Positions 50,281-58,886 of a stretch of DNA of 64,000 nucleotides are shown one piece after another (the stretch's first letter is position 1; each line of letters starts with the position of its first letter). The translations under genes and the position numbers were made by a program. This stretch comes from a virus (taxonomy: Duplodnaviria > Heunggongvirae > Uroviricota > Caudoviricetes). The notes under the pieces are model-generated. The model did not search any database and had not been told where the DNA came from. It saw only the letters and a list, made by a program, of their open reading frames with translations. The stretch spans positions 87,521 through 151,520 of the IMG/VR virus record IMGVR_UViG_3300035698_035307. The stretch is one strand, 5' to 3'.

Positions 50281-52141
50281 ATTCGTCTTTATCTAGAATA
50301 GTAATTCCTAAAGCAAGTGCATCATTTTCCTTTGATGTTCCGCTTCCTTTAGCTTTCATTACTAACATTGTAGCTTTCTTATTTACTTTCTTACCAATTG
50401 TTCCACCTTCAGCTACTATTCTTACTTCAGCATCTTTGTTTCTGTAACCAGTAAATACTATAACTTGGTCTTTAAACTGGCTGCCAGTAACTACTGGAGC
50501 GGCTTCAGGTTCAGAAATTGTACATGGTAAATCTTCAACCCATTCGTTAAATAAGTGAATACCTTTCATGAACATATTTGCTGACTTAGTTGAGAAGCCA
50601 TCAATTTTGCAAATCTCAATATTTGGAGTTTTTGAATGATGAACAAAATCAAATTCAATTAAAGCTTTTTCAATTAAAGCTAATTTTTTACTTCCAAGAC
50701 CTTGAAAAAATCCTGATGCATGTTGTAAAATAGGTAGTGATATGTTTTGTAATTTACTATGAATACCTTCGTAAATCTTTTCTGCTCTTCTTTGTCCAAT
50801 TCTTTCAAGACCGATTAAATCTTCAAGTGACATTGCTAAAATCTTTTTGATTGAATCAAAACCAGCTTCAACTACTGTATCAATTGTACCTTCTGAAAAG
50901 CTATCTGAATCAATAGTTTTAAAGAATGAGTATAATTTTGTTATTGCGATTGCAGGACATTCAGGATTGATACACATTAAATCAATGTCTGATTCATTCC
51001 AACTTAATTCTTTACCACATTCTGGGCAATGTGTAGGTACGATTGCATCCATTGGTGTAATTACTTCAACAACTTTAGGAATAACCATTCCACTTCGTTT
51101 GATTGTAATTTCAGCACCAGGTGCAAGTTCCATATTGATTACCGTTCTCCAGTTATATAGAGTTACGTTCGATACAGTAGCACCATCACATTTAACTGGA
51201 TTAACTTGACCAACTGGTGCAAGTTTACCTGTTTTAGATACTTGAGAAATGATTGCGTTTAATTTTGTAGGTTTAACTTCTTCGAAGTTTCCTTTGAATG
51301 CTCTTGCGTAAGCTGGATTTGGTTTTGAAGTTTCTCTTCCAAGTTCTTTTCTTATCTCTGCATTGTTTACATCGATTATAATACCATCAATCTCGTAGTC
51401 TTTAGACCACTTTTCAAATAATTCAGTAATAATTTCTACTGTGATTTCAGATGCATTACAAACTGTATACATTACTGGAACTTCGTTTAATTGATTACAA
51501 AATTCAATTTGTTCTAATTTAGATACTTCTAAACCTGAATGGTATGCTACACCGTAACGAATATAATCACAATCAGCAAGCATTGCATTTGGTGTTTTAT
51601 GATTTAACTGACCTGCTACCATGTTACGAGGATTTGCAAATTCATCTGCGTATTTATCAGCGAATGTATCACGTCTCATAATAACTTCACCGAAACAATA
51701 TGCATCGTAGTCATTTTTACATGAACCAATGATTTCATAATGTTCAGTTGAGCGTTGTCCTTTAATACCGTTTCCTCTTGTCCAAGCTTTATTAGAAGAA
51801 TTTTCTTCAGTAGCTAGTGAAAGGCCGTCGTATTTTGCAGAAAGAACTAATAATTCGTCATCTTTAATTCCTTTTGATTTTAGCCACTTTTTATATTCTT
51901 CAATTGTTTTGATTTTATTCATTGAACCCATAATAATCGGAAGGTCTTCCATTCTATCATCAGATGCATCTGCAAATCCAATTTCAGAGATAAAAGTATC
52001 TTCACCATAAAGTGAAACATATTCGTCGACAAGTGTGTCATATAGACTGTCTTCGATTATTGCTTCACCTTTACGATAAGCTTCGTTAGCTGCGATTAGC
52101 TCCTTTTGCTTGTTTATTTGTGGTATTGTAAGTTTCGACAT
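50264..52141 (-). CDS. ligA: NAD-dependent DNA ligase LigA (625 aa).
   Basis: Adenylation motif I KYDGLS (KxDG). Cys4 zinc finger CPECGKELSWNESDIDLMCINPECPA. C-terminal HhH and BRCT-like region (VIVFTGYRNKDAEVRIVAEGGTIGKKVNKKATMLVM). Confidence 0.85.
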   Translation of the reverse strand: MSKLTIPQINKQKELIAANEAYRKGEAIIEDSLYDTLVDEYVSLYGEDTFISEIGFADASDDRMEDLPIIMGSMNKIKTIEEYKKWLKSKGIKDDELLVLSAKYDGLSLATEENSSNKAWTRGNGIKGQRSTEHYEIIGSCKNDYDAYCFGEVIMRRDTFADKYADEFANPRNMVAGQLNHKTPNAMLADCDYIRYGVAYHSGLEVSKLEQIEFCNQLNEVPVMYTVCNASEITVEIITELFEKWSKDYEIDGIIIDVNNAEIRKELGRETSKPNPAYARAFKGNFEEVKPTKLNAIISQVSKTGKLAPVGQVNPVKCDGATVSNVTLYNWRTVINMELAPGAEITIKRSGMVIPKVVEVITPMDAIVPTHCPECGKELSWNESDIDLMCINPECPAIAITKLYSFFKTIDSDSFSEGTIDTVVEAGFDSIKKILAMSLEDLIGLERIGQRRAEKIYEGIHSKLQNISLPILQHASGFFQGLGSKKLALIEKALIEFDFVHHSKTPNIEICKIDGFSTKSANMFMKGIHLFNEWVEDLPCTISEPEAAPVVTGSQFKDQVIVFTGYRNKDAEVRIVAEGGTIGKKVNKKATMLVMKAKGSGTSKENDALALGITILDKDEFENML

Positions 52142-52212
52142 TTTTTATATTGTTTAAATGATTATAGAGTAAATATAACAAATGTTTCTGACATACCAAA
52201 GAAAAACTCAGA

Positions 52213-52905
52213 TTAGTTTGACATTTTATCCTTATATTTCCATTTATTATATCTCTTAACAACTTCAATCAGGATTTTATTTCTAACAATGTCACTTTCA
52301 TGAAATTCATGATTTGCAATACCTTTAACTCCTTCAAGCATAGTTATAAAATCAGGTAAACCAATTTCTTTAAATTTGATATCATATTGGCTCACATCAC
52401 CAGATACAATAACTTTAGTATCTTTACCCATTCTTGTTATAAAAAGCATTAATTGTTTAAATGTGCAATTTTGTGCTTCGTCTAATATCATTACGGCATT
52501 ATCAAATGTAGCTCCACGCATGTGAGCTAGTGGGCGATAATCTATCTGACTTACACTTTCTAAGAATCCTCTTGATTGCGTTCCACAAATTTTATCAAAA
52601 TTAGTTCTGAATGTGTCAATGAATGGTGCAATCTTCTCGGCTACTTCTCCAGGTAACGCACCAAGCTTCTCTCCAGATTCTTGGATAGGCTTTGTACAGA
52701 TAATCTTATTAATATTATTGTTCTTATCTGATAATAACTTTAAAGCTGTGTAAGCTGCTGTGAACGTTTTAGATGTTCCAGCTGGGCCAAAACAAAACGT
52801 AATATCGTTTTCCCATATTTTTTGTGAATAAGTTTTTTGTGTCTGTCTAAGCTGAACGTGTTTTATTTCGTCATACTTAATTTGAGGGCTTTCTTTCTTG
52901 CTCAT
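52213..52905 (-). CDS. phoH: PhoH-like ATPase (230 aa).
   Basis: Walker A CFGPAGTSKTFTA. Size and overall pattern match phage PhoH. Confidence 0.75.
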   Translation of the reverse strand: MSKKESPQIKYDEIKHVQLRQTQKTYSQKIWENDITFCFGPAGTSKTFTAAYTALKLLSDKNNNINKIICTKPIQESGEKLGALPGEVAEKIAPFIDTFRTNFDKICGTQSRGFLESVSQIDYRPLAHMRGATFDNAVMILDEAQNCTFKQLMLFITRMGKDTKVIVSGDVSQYDIKFKEIGLPDFITMLEGVKGIANHEFHESDIVRNKILIEVVKRYNKWKYKDKMSN

Positions 52906-53363
52906 TAGTCTCCGAATTCGATTATTTTTGTTTTAAGGTCTCTTAATACGGCACACTTCTCATAATCTTCTACTTCAATAAAATAGTTCATTATTCTGTC
53001 TATCGCCATACTGCGATGTCCTTTTCCTTTAGGTACTTCTATGACAGTATCACCATCTTCAAATATAATAAAGATATCTACTGTACGTTCTTCATTTCGA
53101 GTTAATGAATCATAAGAAGCATTCATCAAGTAATTCATGTCATGCTTAGGTAATTCTTCCTCGTCCATAAAATCATCTTTTTTTAACTCTCCATCCAGTT
53201 GTTTAGCATAAACGTCTCTTAGAATTTCATTTATTCTTCTGGGTCTTCTTTTATTTTCCATTTTATAAAATTTAAGATGCTGAATCTCCGAACATCTTTT
53301 GTTTATATACTGCTTTAATTTTTTGCTTTCTTTTTTTAGCTGATGGCTTTGTGAACTTTTCAC
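52905..53363 (-). CDS. Hypothetical protein (152 aa as drawn; more likely starts at the internal Met, about 53261, to avoid a 92-nt overlap with the bS21 gene).
   Basis: The ORF overlaps 53272..53469 in another frame. The internal start MENKRRPRR... would reduce the overlap to 10 nt. Confidence 0.35.
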   Translation of the reverse strand: MKSSQSHQLKKESKKLKQYINKRCSEIQHLKFYKMENKRRPRRINEILRDVYAKQLDGELKKDDFMDEEELPKHDMNYLMNASYDSLTRNEERTVDIFIIFEDGDTVIEVPKGKGHRSMAIDRIMNYFIEVEDYEKCAVLRDLKTKIIEFGD

Positions 53364-53469
53364 GTTCTCTAAGTTCCTTTACTTGCTTAGTCTTAATAAC
53401 CTTACGTTTAAATTGCTTTAGAGCTCTTTCGAGACCACCTTTGCCAGGTTCTACTATAATTTTTAACAT
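53272..53469 (-). CDS. rpsU: Ribosomal protein bS21 homologue (65 aa).
   Basis: MLKIIVEPGKGGLERALKQFKRKVIKTKQVKELREREKFTKPSAKKRKQKIKAVYKQ follows the bS21 pattern (ALRRFKR...REREFYEKPSxxRKRK...A). Confidence 0.7.
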   Translation of the reverse strand: MLKIIVEPGKGGLERALKQFKRKVIKTKQVKELREREKFTKPSAKKRKQKIKAVYKQKMFGDSAS

Positions 53470-54279
53470 TTAATCTACTTTAATTTTTTTATTTACGTAT
53501 ACCCTTAGTCTATCTAAAGCTTTACGTTCCTTATCATCGAACTTATGCATAATTACATTTATCACGATATAAAAATCACCAAATCTTTTGGTACCGAATA
53601 TTGGCATGCCTTTGTTTGGTACTCTAAGTTTCTGTCCTTGTTTTGTTCCCTCTGGGATTTTAACCTTTAACTTACCTGCAAGTGTTTCTACTTCAACTTC
53701 TATTCCTAATAGACTATCATACAATGATATTTCTACATTATAGAGTAAATCATGATTAATATTTTTGTAAAGGGGATTGTTTAAAACAACGATATGTATA
53801 AATGCATCACCAGGTGCAGCCATTTCATTAATAGTACTCTTAAATCCTTTTCCGCGAGCTCTGAAATTATGACCACTGTGTGTACCAGGTTTAATATCCA
53901 ATGAAAGAGTTTCACCTGTCGGTAACATAAATTCCTTTCTACACCCAGAATAAGCTTCTTTTAATGTAATTGCAAGATTGACACGAATACTTTCACCTTG
54001 AACTGGAATTTCATATTCACCATAGAACTGATTCCAAACGTCATGCATATTAGTACCTGTATGCCTGAATGGGTTCGGGTTGTCGTATGCTGTTCGTTTT
54101 TCTTTATTACTTAATACATTATAAGCTTCAGATACTTCCTTAAATTTCTCCTCAGACTGTTTATTATCTGGATTTTTATCAGGGTGTAATTTCTTAGCTA
54201 GCTTACGATAAGACTTTTTAATCTCGTCATCAGTTGCTGTACGTTCAACTTCTAATATCTTATAATAATCTTTATTCAT
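53470..54279 (-). CDS. DnaJ/CbpA-like J-domain co-chaperone (269 aa, no zinc-finger domain).
   Basis: J-domain: [35 protein letters not shown] (HPD motif). DnaJ C-terminal beta-domains follow; there is no CxxCxGxG repeat. Confidence 0.8.
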   Translation of the reverse strand: MNKDYYKILEVERTATDDEIKKSYRKLAKKLHPDKNPDNKQSEEKFKEVSEAYNVLSNKEKRTAYDNPNPFRHTGTNMHDVWNQFYGEYEIPVQGESIRVNLAITLKEAYSGCRKEFMLPTGETLSLDIKPGTHSGHNFRARGKGFKSTINEMAAPGDAFIHIVVLNNPLYKNINHDLLYNVEISLYDSLLGIEVEVETLAGKLKVKIPEGTKQGQKLRVPNKGMPIFGTKRFGDFYIVINVIMHKFDDKERKALDRLRVYVNKKIKVD

Positions 54280-54556
54280 CTACTGCACTTAAATCGGCGT
54301 CCTTCTTTGTAGGATGGCCACCTTCGTTTGTTTTAATTTCTTTCTTTTCTTTTTCTTCTAACTTATCAAGTTCTTTAATGTCTTTGATTTTATCCTCATC
54401 GACCTTACCTGCTTTCTTAGTAAGCTTAGCTTCTTTCATCATCATCTTATTGCCTTTTTCAAGGCTATCTGCGATACGTCTTAATTCTTTAATCATTTCT
54501 GGGACATGTTTACCGTAGTACATTTGCCCTATGCCTGTTTTATGAAAATCTGTCAT
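54272..54556 (-). CDS. Small Lys/Glu-rich hypothetical protein (94 aa).
   Basis: ORF; overlaps the DnaJ start by 8 nt. Confidence 0.35.
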   Translation of the reverse strand: MTDFHKTGIGQMYYGKHVPEMIKELRRIADSLEKGNKMMMKEAKLTKKAGKVDEDKIKDIKELDKLEEKEKKEIKTNEGGHPTKKDADLSAVDE

Positions 54557-54611
54557 AGTAATATTCGTTTAGTATATTTATGGTAAAAGGAGTTAATGTT
54601 TCACAAGTCAT

Positions 54612-54884
54612 TTATAATTCTTTAGCTATAACGACTGGTAATAAAGCATTTGAACCTGTGATTACGTAGTAATAACTGAACCCACTTGGATTCCCACAAC
54701 ATGCTTTAACTTTCTTCTTATGAATTTTATAGAAGTCTACAATATCACCCTCATCAAAAAATAGACGTTCTTTAGAACCTTCTTTGACATGTATTGCACA
54801 ATCCATTAAGATTAATAGTTTACCCTTCTGTTTGTTTGGTGTTTTTGGTTGAGCTGAATTGATTGGCGGAACTTTAATCGCCAT
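54612..54884 (-). CDS. Small hypothetical protein (90 aa).
   Basis: ORF; contains a CC...C cysteine cluster. Confidence 0.35.
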   Translation of the reverse strand: MAIKVPPINSAQPKTPNKQKGKLLILMDCAIHVKEGSKERLFFDEGDIVDFYKIHKKKVKACCGNPSGFSYYYVITGSNALLPVVIAKEL

Positions 54885-55029
54885 CTTTCTTAGGAATTTG
54901 CTTGCCTCGTTTGATATAATACGAATCTTTCAATTGTAATTTACCATTAATAAAAATATAATCATCTCTATCTAAAATTGGGTTAGCATTCGGTTTTCTA
55001 AACTTTGTCTTTGGTTTTCTTTTATCCAT
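54874..55029 (-). CDS. Possible 51-aa basic ORF (MDKRKPKTKFRKPNANPILDRDDYIFINGKLQLKDSYYIKRGKQIPKKDGD), translationally coupled.
   Basis: Read by eye. Its TAA stop overlaps the ATG of 54612..54884 (ATGGCGATTAA). Below the ORF-track cutoff. Confidence 0.25.
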   Translation of the reverse strand: MDKRKPKTKFRKPNANPILDRDDYIFINGKLQLKDSYYIKRGKQIPKKDGD

Positions 55030-55050
55030 TAAAATTTGTTTTAAAATTCA

Positions 55051-55413
55051 TTAATAGCGATGAGAATCACCACTACCTGATTTACGATTTTTGTTTAAAT
55101 ATTTTGATAGGCCTGATTCACCGTTAGCAAAATCTTGATAACTTGTAAAATCTCCTTCTTTTTCTTCTCTATCTGTAGGATGAACATATTTTATGTCCTT
55201 GTATGGATTTGGTTCTCCACCTTCTTCTTTAATCTTCTTTGCTAAATAATCATTGAACTGTTTAATACTTCCCCTGAAAAATCTAATATCTTCTAAGTCT
55301 TTATTTTCTTTAGATGCTGGAGTTTCAGCTTCTGCAGAAGTTTCAGATGGTAGATTCTCTCTACTATTCTCATATAAAAATTCATCAAATGTAAGTATGT
55401 TCTTAAATGTCAT
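55051..55413 (-). CDS. Hypothetical acidic protein (120 aa).
   Basis: ORF only. Confidence 0.35.
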   Translation of the reverse strand: MTFKNILTFDEFLYENSRENLPSETSAEAETPASKENKDLEDIRFFRGSIKQFNDYLAKKIKEEGGEPNPYKDIKYVHPTDREEKEGDFTSYQDFANGESGLSKYLNKNRKSGSGDSHRY

Positions 55414-55936
55414 TGAAGTTTTGGTAATTTTTTAGCTCAAAGCTTTCGTTAGATTTATATATCGCATCTAACATATCCAATAACTTCTGCATAGGACGTG
55501 AAGCTCGCTTCCTTGCTTCTTTAAATGTAATAAATCCAGCCCAGTCAATTTCAACTATACCTTCACTATTCGGTTTAAAAAATGACTTATCTATCACTTC
55601 TTTCTTTAAGCCTATTTCTTTTATATCATCGATCTCAACAATATAAAAAGTCAAATCTTTCTTACCATATTTATTAGCTGGGTACATGTACGTATACGGA
55701 CCAGAAGTGACTTGTGATTTTTTTATTTTAATTCCTATTTCTTCTTCTGTTTCTCTCATAGCCCCTTGCCATTGAGTTTCACCTGGGTCGATTAAACCTT
55801 TAGGAATACTATATGAACCATACCATTTACTGCCACCAGGATGACCCATCAAAATTTTGTCTCCCATTTTAATTACTATACCAGCTGAATGTTTCATATG
55901 TTTTAATTTTTTTATAATCGTGTAAGAGAATTTCAC
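55403..55936 (-). CDS. NUDIX hydrolase (177 aa as drawn; the true start is probably an internal Met).
   Basis: Nudix box GLIDPGETQWQGAMRETEEEIGI (Gx5Ex7REUxEExGU). The first 23 codons overlap the upstream ORF 55869..56261. Confidence 0.8.
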   Translation of the reverse strand: MKFSYTIIKKLKHMKHSAGIVIKMGDKILMGHPGGSKWYGSYSIPKGLIDPGETQWQGAMRETEEEIGIKIKKSQVTSGPYTYMYPANKYGKKDLTFYIVEIDDIKEIGLKKEVIDKSFFKPNSEGIVEIDWAGFITFKEARKRASRPMQKLLDMLDAIYKSNESFELKNYQNFNDI

Positions 55937-56261
55937 TTATAAGTTTACCATGAACAGTAACTCCAATATAGGGTTCCTGTGTTTCTTCTTCAACTGTATT
56001 GAAGAATAAATTCGTTTTAGCTAATTCTCTAAGTATTTCTCCTACAGTATCTGCTTTGCTTTGATTTGTTACTGAGACTATTTGTTCTTGAGTAAGAACA
56101 GGTGAACCAGTTGACTCATATAATTCCTTAGCCAATTCCTTTAAATTCTTAAAGAATACTTGTTCATTAAATAGTACTGTATTAAAGAAACTGCCTTGAA
56201 CAGAATCGTTATTCATTAACAGACCTTTAAAGTTTAATATATATTTGTCTACTTCATTCAT
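55869..56261 (-). CDS. Hypothetical protein (130 aa).
   Basis: ORF; coupled to the downstream NUDIX gene. Confidence 0.4.
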   Translation of the reverse strand: MNEVDKYILNFKGLLMNNDSVQGSFFNTVLFNEQVFFKNLKELAKELYESTGSPVLTQEQIVSVTNQSKADTVGEILRELAKTNLFFNTVEEETQEPYIGVTVHGKLISEILLHDYKKIKTYETFSWYSN

Positions 56262-56494
56262 TATCTGCTGTAAGGGATTATCGTTACATGTTCTACTGCT
56301 TTACAAATCTCATAGAACTTCTTAATGTGTGCATGCTTAGTATCTTCACGATAAATTTTATTTGTGACCCATCTTGTGTTAGGTCCTTTTGATTGTACAT
56401 GGTATCTATTCGAGAATGTATGTTCTACATTTTCAACTATACGAACACAGTTACCATTGTTGTGTTCGAATTTCAAAATTACTTTGTTTTCCAT
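56261..56494 (-). CDS. Small hypothetical protein (77 aa).
   Basis: ORF overlapping the next gene by 1 nt. Confidence 0.35.
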   Translation of the reverse strand: MENKVILKFEHNNGNCVRIVENVEHTFSNRYHVQSKGPNTRWVTNKIYREDTKHAHIKKFYEICKAVEHVTIIPYSR

Positions 56495-56542
56495 ATCTAT
56501 TAAATTAAAAAGTTTGGAATTGTTTCATTATTCTTTTAAGCT

Positions 56543-56575
56543 AAAAAAAACCGGAACTGATGTAGTCCCGGTTTT
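56543..56575 (-). terminator. Terminator-like hairpin after the flotillin gene.
   Basis: A8 (56543-56550), stem ccgg...ccgg extended as aaaaccgg / ccggtttt with a 13-nt loop, then a T-run. Bidirectional in form. Confidence 0.5.
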
Positions 56576-56594
56576 AATATTATTTAAGAGAAGA

Positions 56595-58187
56595 CTACTT
56601 ATCATCTTTCTTTTCGATTTTAGCTTTGGCTTCTTCGATTACTTTCTTAGCATCGATTTTACCTTCTACATTACCTTTTTCAGCAAGCTTCGCTCTTTCA
56701 CCAGCACCTTGCATGAATTGTGGCATCTCAGCTCCAGCTTGTTCGAACATCTCTTTTAATGGTGGTACCATTCCAAGTAGTCCTTGCATGAAGCCAGCTG
56801 TTGATGTTTGACCATCTGAACCGCTTCCAGAACCTGAGTCCCAAACTGTTACTTTATCAATCTTCACATTCTTGATTGCTTCTACTTGAATCTTGATTAA
56901 TTCTGGTAATTTATCTGCAATCATTAATTGTACCGCTTTGTCACTTGAACCAGCTGCTTGTACTAATCTATCAAAACCGTCTGCTTGTTTTGTAAGTATC
57001 TCATTGATACCTTTCGCTTCTGCTTCCATCATCGCGAACTTAGCATCAGCCTTACCTTGTGCTACTCTACGGATTGCTTCTGCTTCTGCTTCTGCATTGA
57101 TTTCAATTTCTTCCTTAGCAATTTGTGCTGGGATTACAGTATCTGCATACTGTGAGGCTTTATCTTTCTTCGCTCTTTGCTTTTCAGCTTCTTCCTGGGC
57201 AATATAAGATTCTTTGTTAGCTTCTGCTTTCTTAACATTGAAAGCTGCAACTGATTTTCTTTCAGCTTCTGCTTCAGCTACTTTTCTTGTAGCAGTAGTA
57301 TTTGCAATTGCGACTTGTGAAGCATTTTCACCTTCAATCGCTGTAGCATTCATAGATGCTGTTGCAACTCTTTTTCTTTGTTCAGCATCTGCTTCACCAA
57401 TTTCTGATTTAGATATTGCTTCTGCAACTTGAACACGCTTGTCTTGGTCAGCTGCTGCTTCTCCAATTTCTGCTGTAGCATGAGCTGCTGCTACTTCAGT
57501 TCTCTGTGATTTCTCAGCTGTTGCAACTCCAATTGCACCACTTCTGTTTTTATCTGCAACAGATACTTTCGCTTCGTTGATAGCTGCGGCTGAAGCTTCC
57601 TTACCAAGAGCATCAATATAACCAGACTCATCTGTTATATCTGTGATGTTTACGTTGATAAGCTTTAAACCAATCTTCTGTAATTCATCTTCTAAGTTTT
57701 GTTGAATATTTAATAAGAACTTATCACGGTCAGCGTTAATTTCTTCAATATCCATTGTTGCAATTACAAGTCTCATTTGACCGAAGATGATATCTTTTGC
57801 TAGACCAGCAATATCAGTTCTTGAAAGGCCAAGTAGTCGTTCTGCAGCGCTTTCTCTTACACCTTCTGATGCAGATACTGCTACTGTAAATGTAGATGGT
57901 ACATCAATACGAATATTCTGTTTTGAAAGTGCATTCGTTAGATTTACATCAATTGCAATTGGTTTTAAATCAAGAAATTCATAATCTTGAATAACAGGCC
58001 AAATAAACTGTGCGCCACCATGAACTACTTTCGCGGTTGCTGTTTCTCCTGAAGCCTTCTTCCCGGTTTTACCGTAAATAACCATCAGTTTGTCCGAAGG
58101 ACATCGTTTGTATCGTTTTACCATCGCTACGATAAAGGCAAATGCTGCAACTACTGCAACTCCAATAATAATTAAATTGTACATCAT
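56595..58187 (-). CDS. Flotillin-like SPFH/Band-7 protein (530 aa).
   Basis: N-terminal TM helix, SPFH domain, then long Ala/Glu-rich flotillin repeats (AEAEAERK..., EINAEAEAEAIRRVAQGKADAKF) and a C-terminal tail, like bacterial YqiK/FloT. Confidence 0.8.
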   Translation of the reverse strand: MMYNLIIIGVAVVAAFAFIVAMVKRYKRCPSDKLMVIYGKTGKKASGETATAKVVHGGAQFIWPVIQDYEFLDLKPIAIDVNLTNALSKQNIRIDVPSTFTVAVSASEGVRESAAERLLGLSRTDIAGLAKDIIFGQMRLVIATMDIEEINADRDKFLLNIQQNLEDELQKIGLKLINVNITDITDESGYIDALGKEASAAAINEAKVSVADKNRSGAIGVATAEKSQRTEVAAAHATAEIGEAAADQDKRVQVAEAISKSEIGEADAEQRKRVATASMNATAIEGENASQVAIANTTATRKVAEAEAERKSVAAFNVKKAEANKESYIAQEEAEKQRAKKDKASQYADTVIPAQIAKEEIEINAEAEAEAIRRVAQGKADAKFAMMEAEAKGINEILTKQADGFDRLVQAAGSSDKAVQLMIADKLPELIKIQVEAIKNVKIDKVTVWDSGSGSGSDGQTSTAGFMQGLLGMVPPLKEMFEQAGAEMPQFMQGAGERAKLAEKGNVEGKIDAKKVIEEAKAKIEKKDDK

Positions 58188-58242
58188 TGTTTTTAAAAAA
58201 TTAAGTTAAATTAAACATTTATAAATATTACTACTAAAAATT

Positions 58243-58821
58243 CTACTTTTGTTTCACAACCATTAGATGACCTCTAATGTCTGTTACTTCTACTGTTGCA
58301 CCTCTTGGTATAAATCCAGTATCTGATATTACATCAACTTCTCGAATTGCTCCACCATTAAGTACATTAGCTTTTCCTTTTCCACCTTCTTGAACTGCAA
58401 GGGTAACAGTACCAGTCTTACCAACTGAATGAATTAGTTTGGGACTGCGGTCAACTGCAAGCTTTTTCATACCATACATCAACATCGTCATCATAACTAC
58501 CATACTTAAACCTGCTAAGGTTGCCCATAGAGTAGTATATCCTAAACCAACATCTTGATTAATACATGCAATTCCAGTCCAACTGAACATTACAAAGAAA
58601 TTCATTAAGTTCTTAAATGAGAACCAACCGAACGAAGCTCCTGCATCTCCTTGTGCATTATCTACGTCAGCATCAAAATCTGTATCTGTGTCTAAATCAC
58701 CGTCACTATCTAATCCTAAGAATATCATCATGAACTGTATCAAAAATACTAGCGATGTGGGTATCGCTATAAACCAAAGCACCTTTTCAAATCCTGTTAG
58801 TGCATCAAAAAATTCCATCAT
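58243..58821 (-). CDS. NfeD-like membrane protein (partner of SPFH proteins), 192 aa.
   Basis: Multiple TM segments plus a C-terminal OB-fold signature ...GKTGTVTLAVQEGGKGKANVLNGGAIREVDVISDTGFIPRGATVEVTDIRGHLMVV... Gene order NfeD then flotillin is as in bacterial yuaF-floT and yqiJ-yqiK. Confidence 0.65.
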   Translation of the reverse strand: MMEFFDALTGFEKVLWFIAIPTSLVFLIQFMMIFLGLDSDGDLDTDTDFDADVDNAQGDAGASFGWFSFKNLMNFFVMFSWTGIACINQDVGLGYTTLWATLAGLSMVVMMTMLMYGMKKLAVDRSPKLIHSVGKTGTVTLAVQEGGKGKANVLNGGAIREVDVISDTGFIPRGATVEVTDIRGHLMVVKQK

Positions 58822-58886
58822 TGTTTTATTGTTTTAAAGTTTCTAATTAAAAGTAATACTATTTCTCGCAAGGCCAAAGGGTTTTA

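Noticed and set aside
52086-52268. 60-aa minus-strand ORF spanning the LigA start and PhoH end
   Set aside because: Overlaps two motif-supported genes; low-complexity translation. The 71-nt gap 52142-52212 is more likely a regulatory intergenic region.
58822-58886. Possible terminator between the Rnl2 and NfeD genes (ggccaaagggtttt)
   Set aside because: Only a 4-bp GGCC palindrome; no stable stem or U-tract. Probably just a promoter or spacer region.
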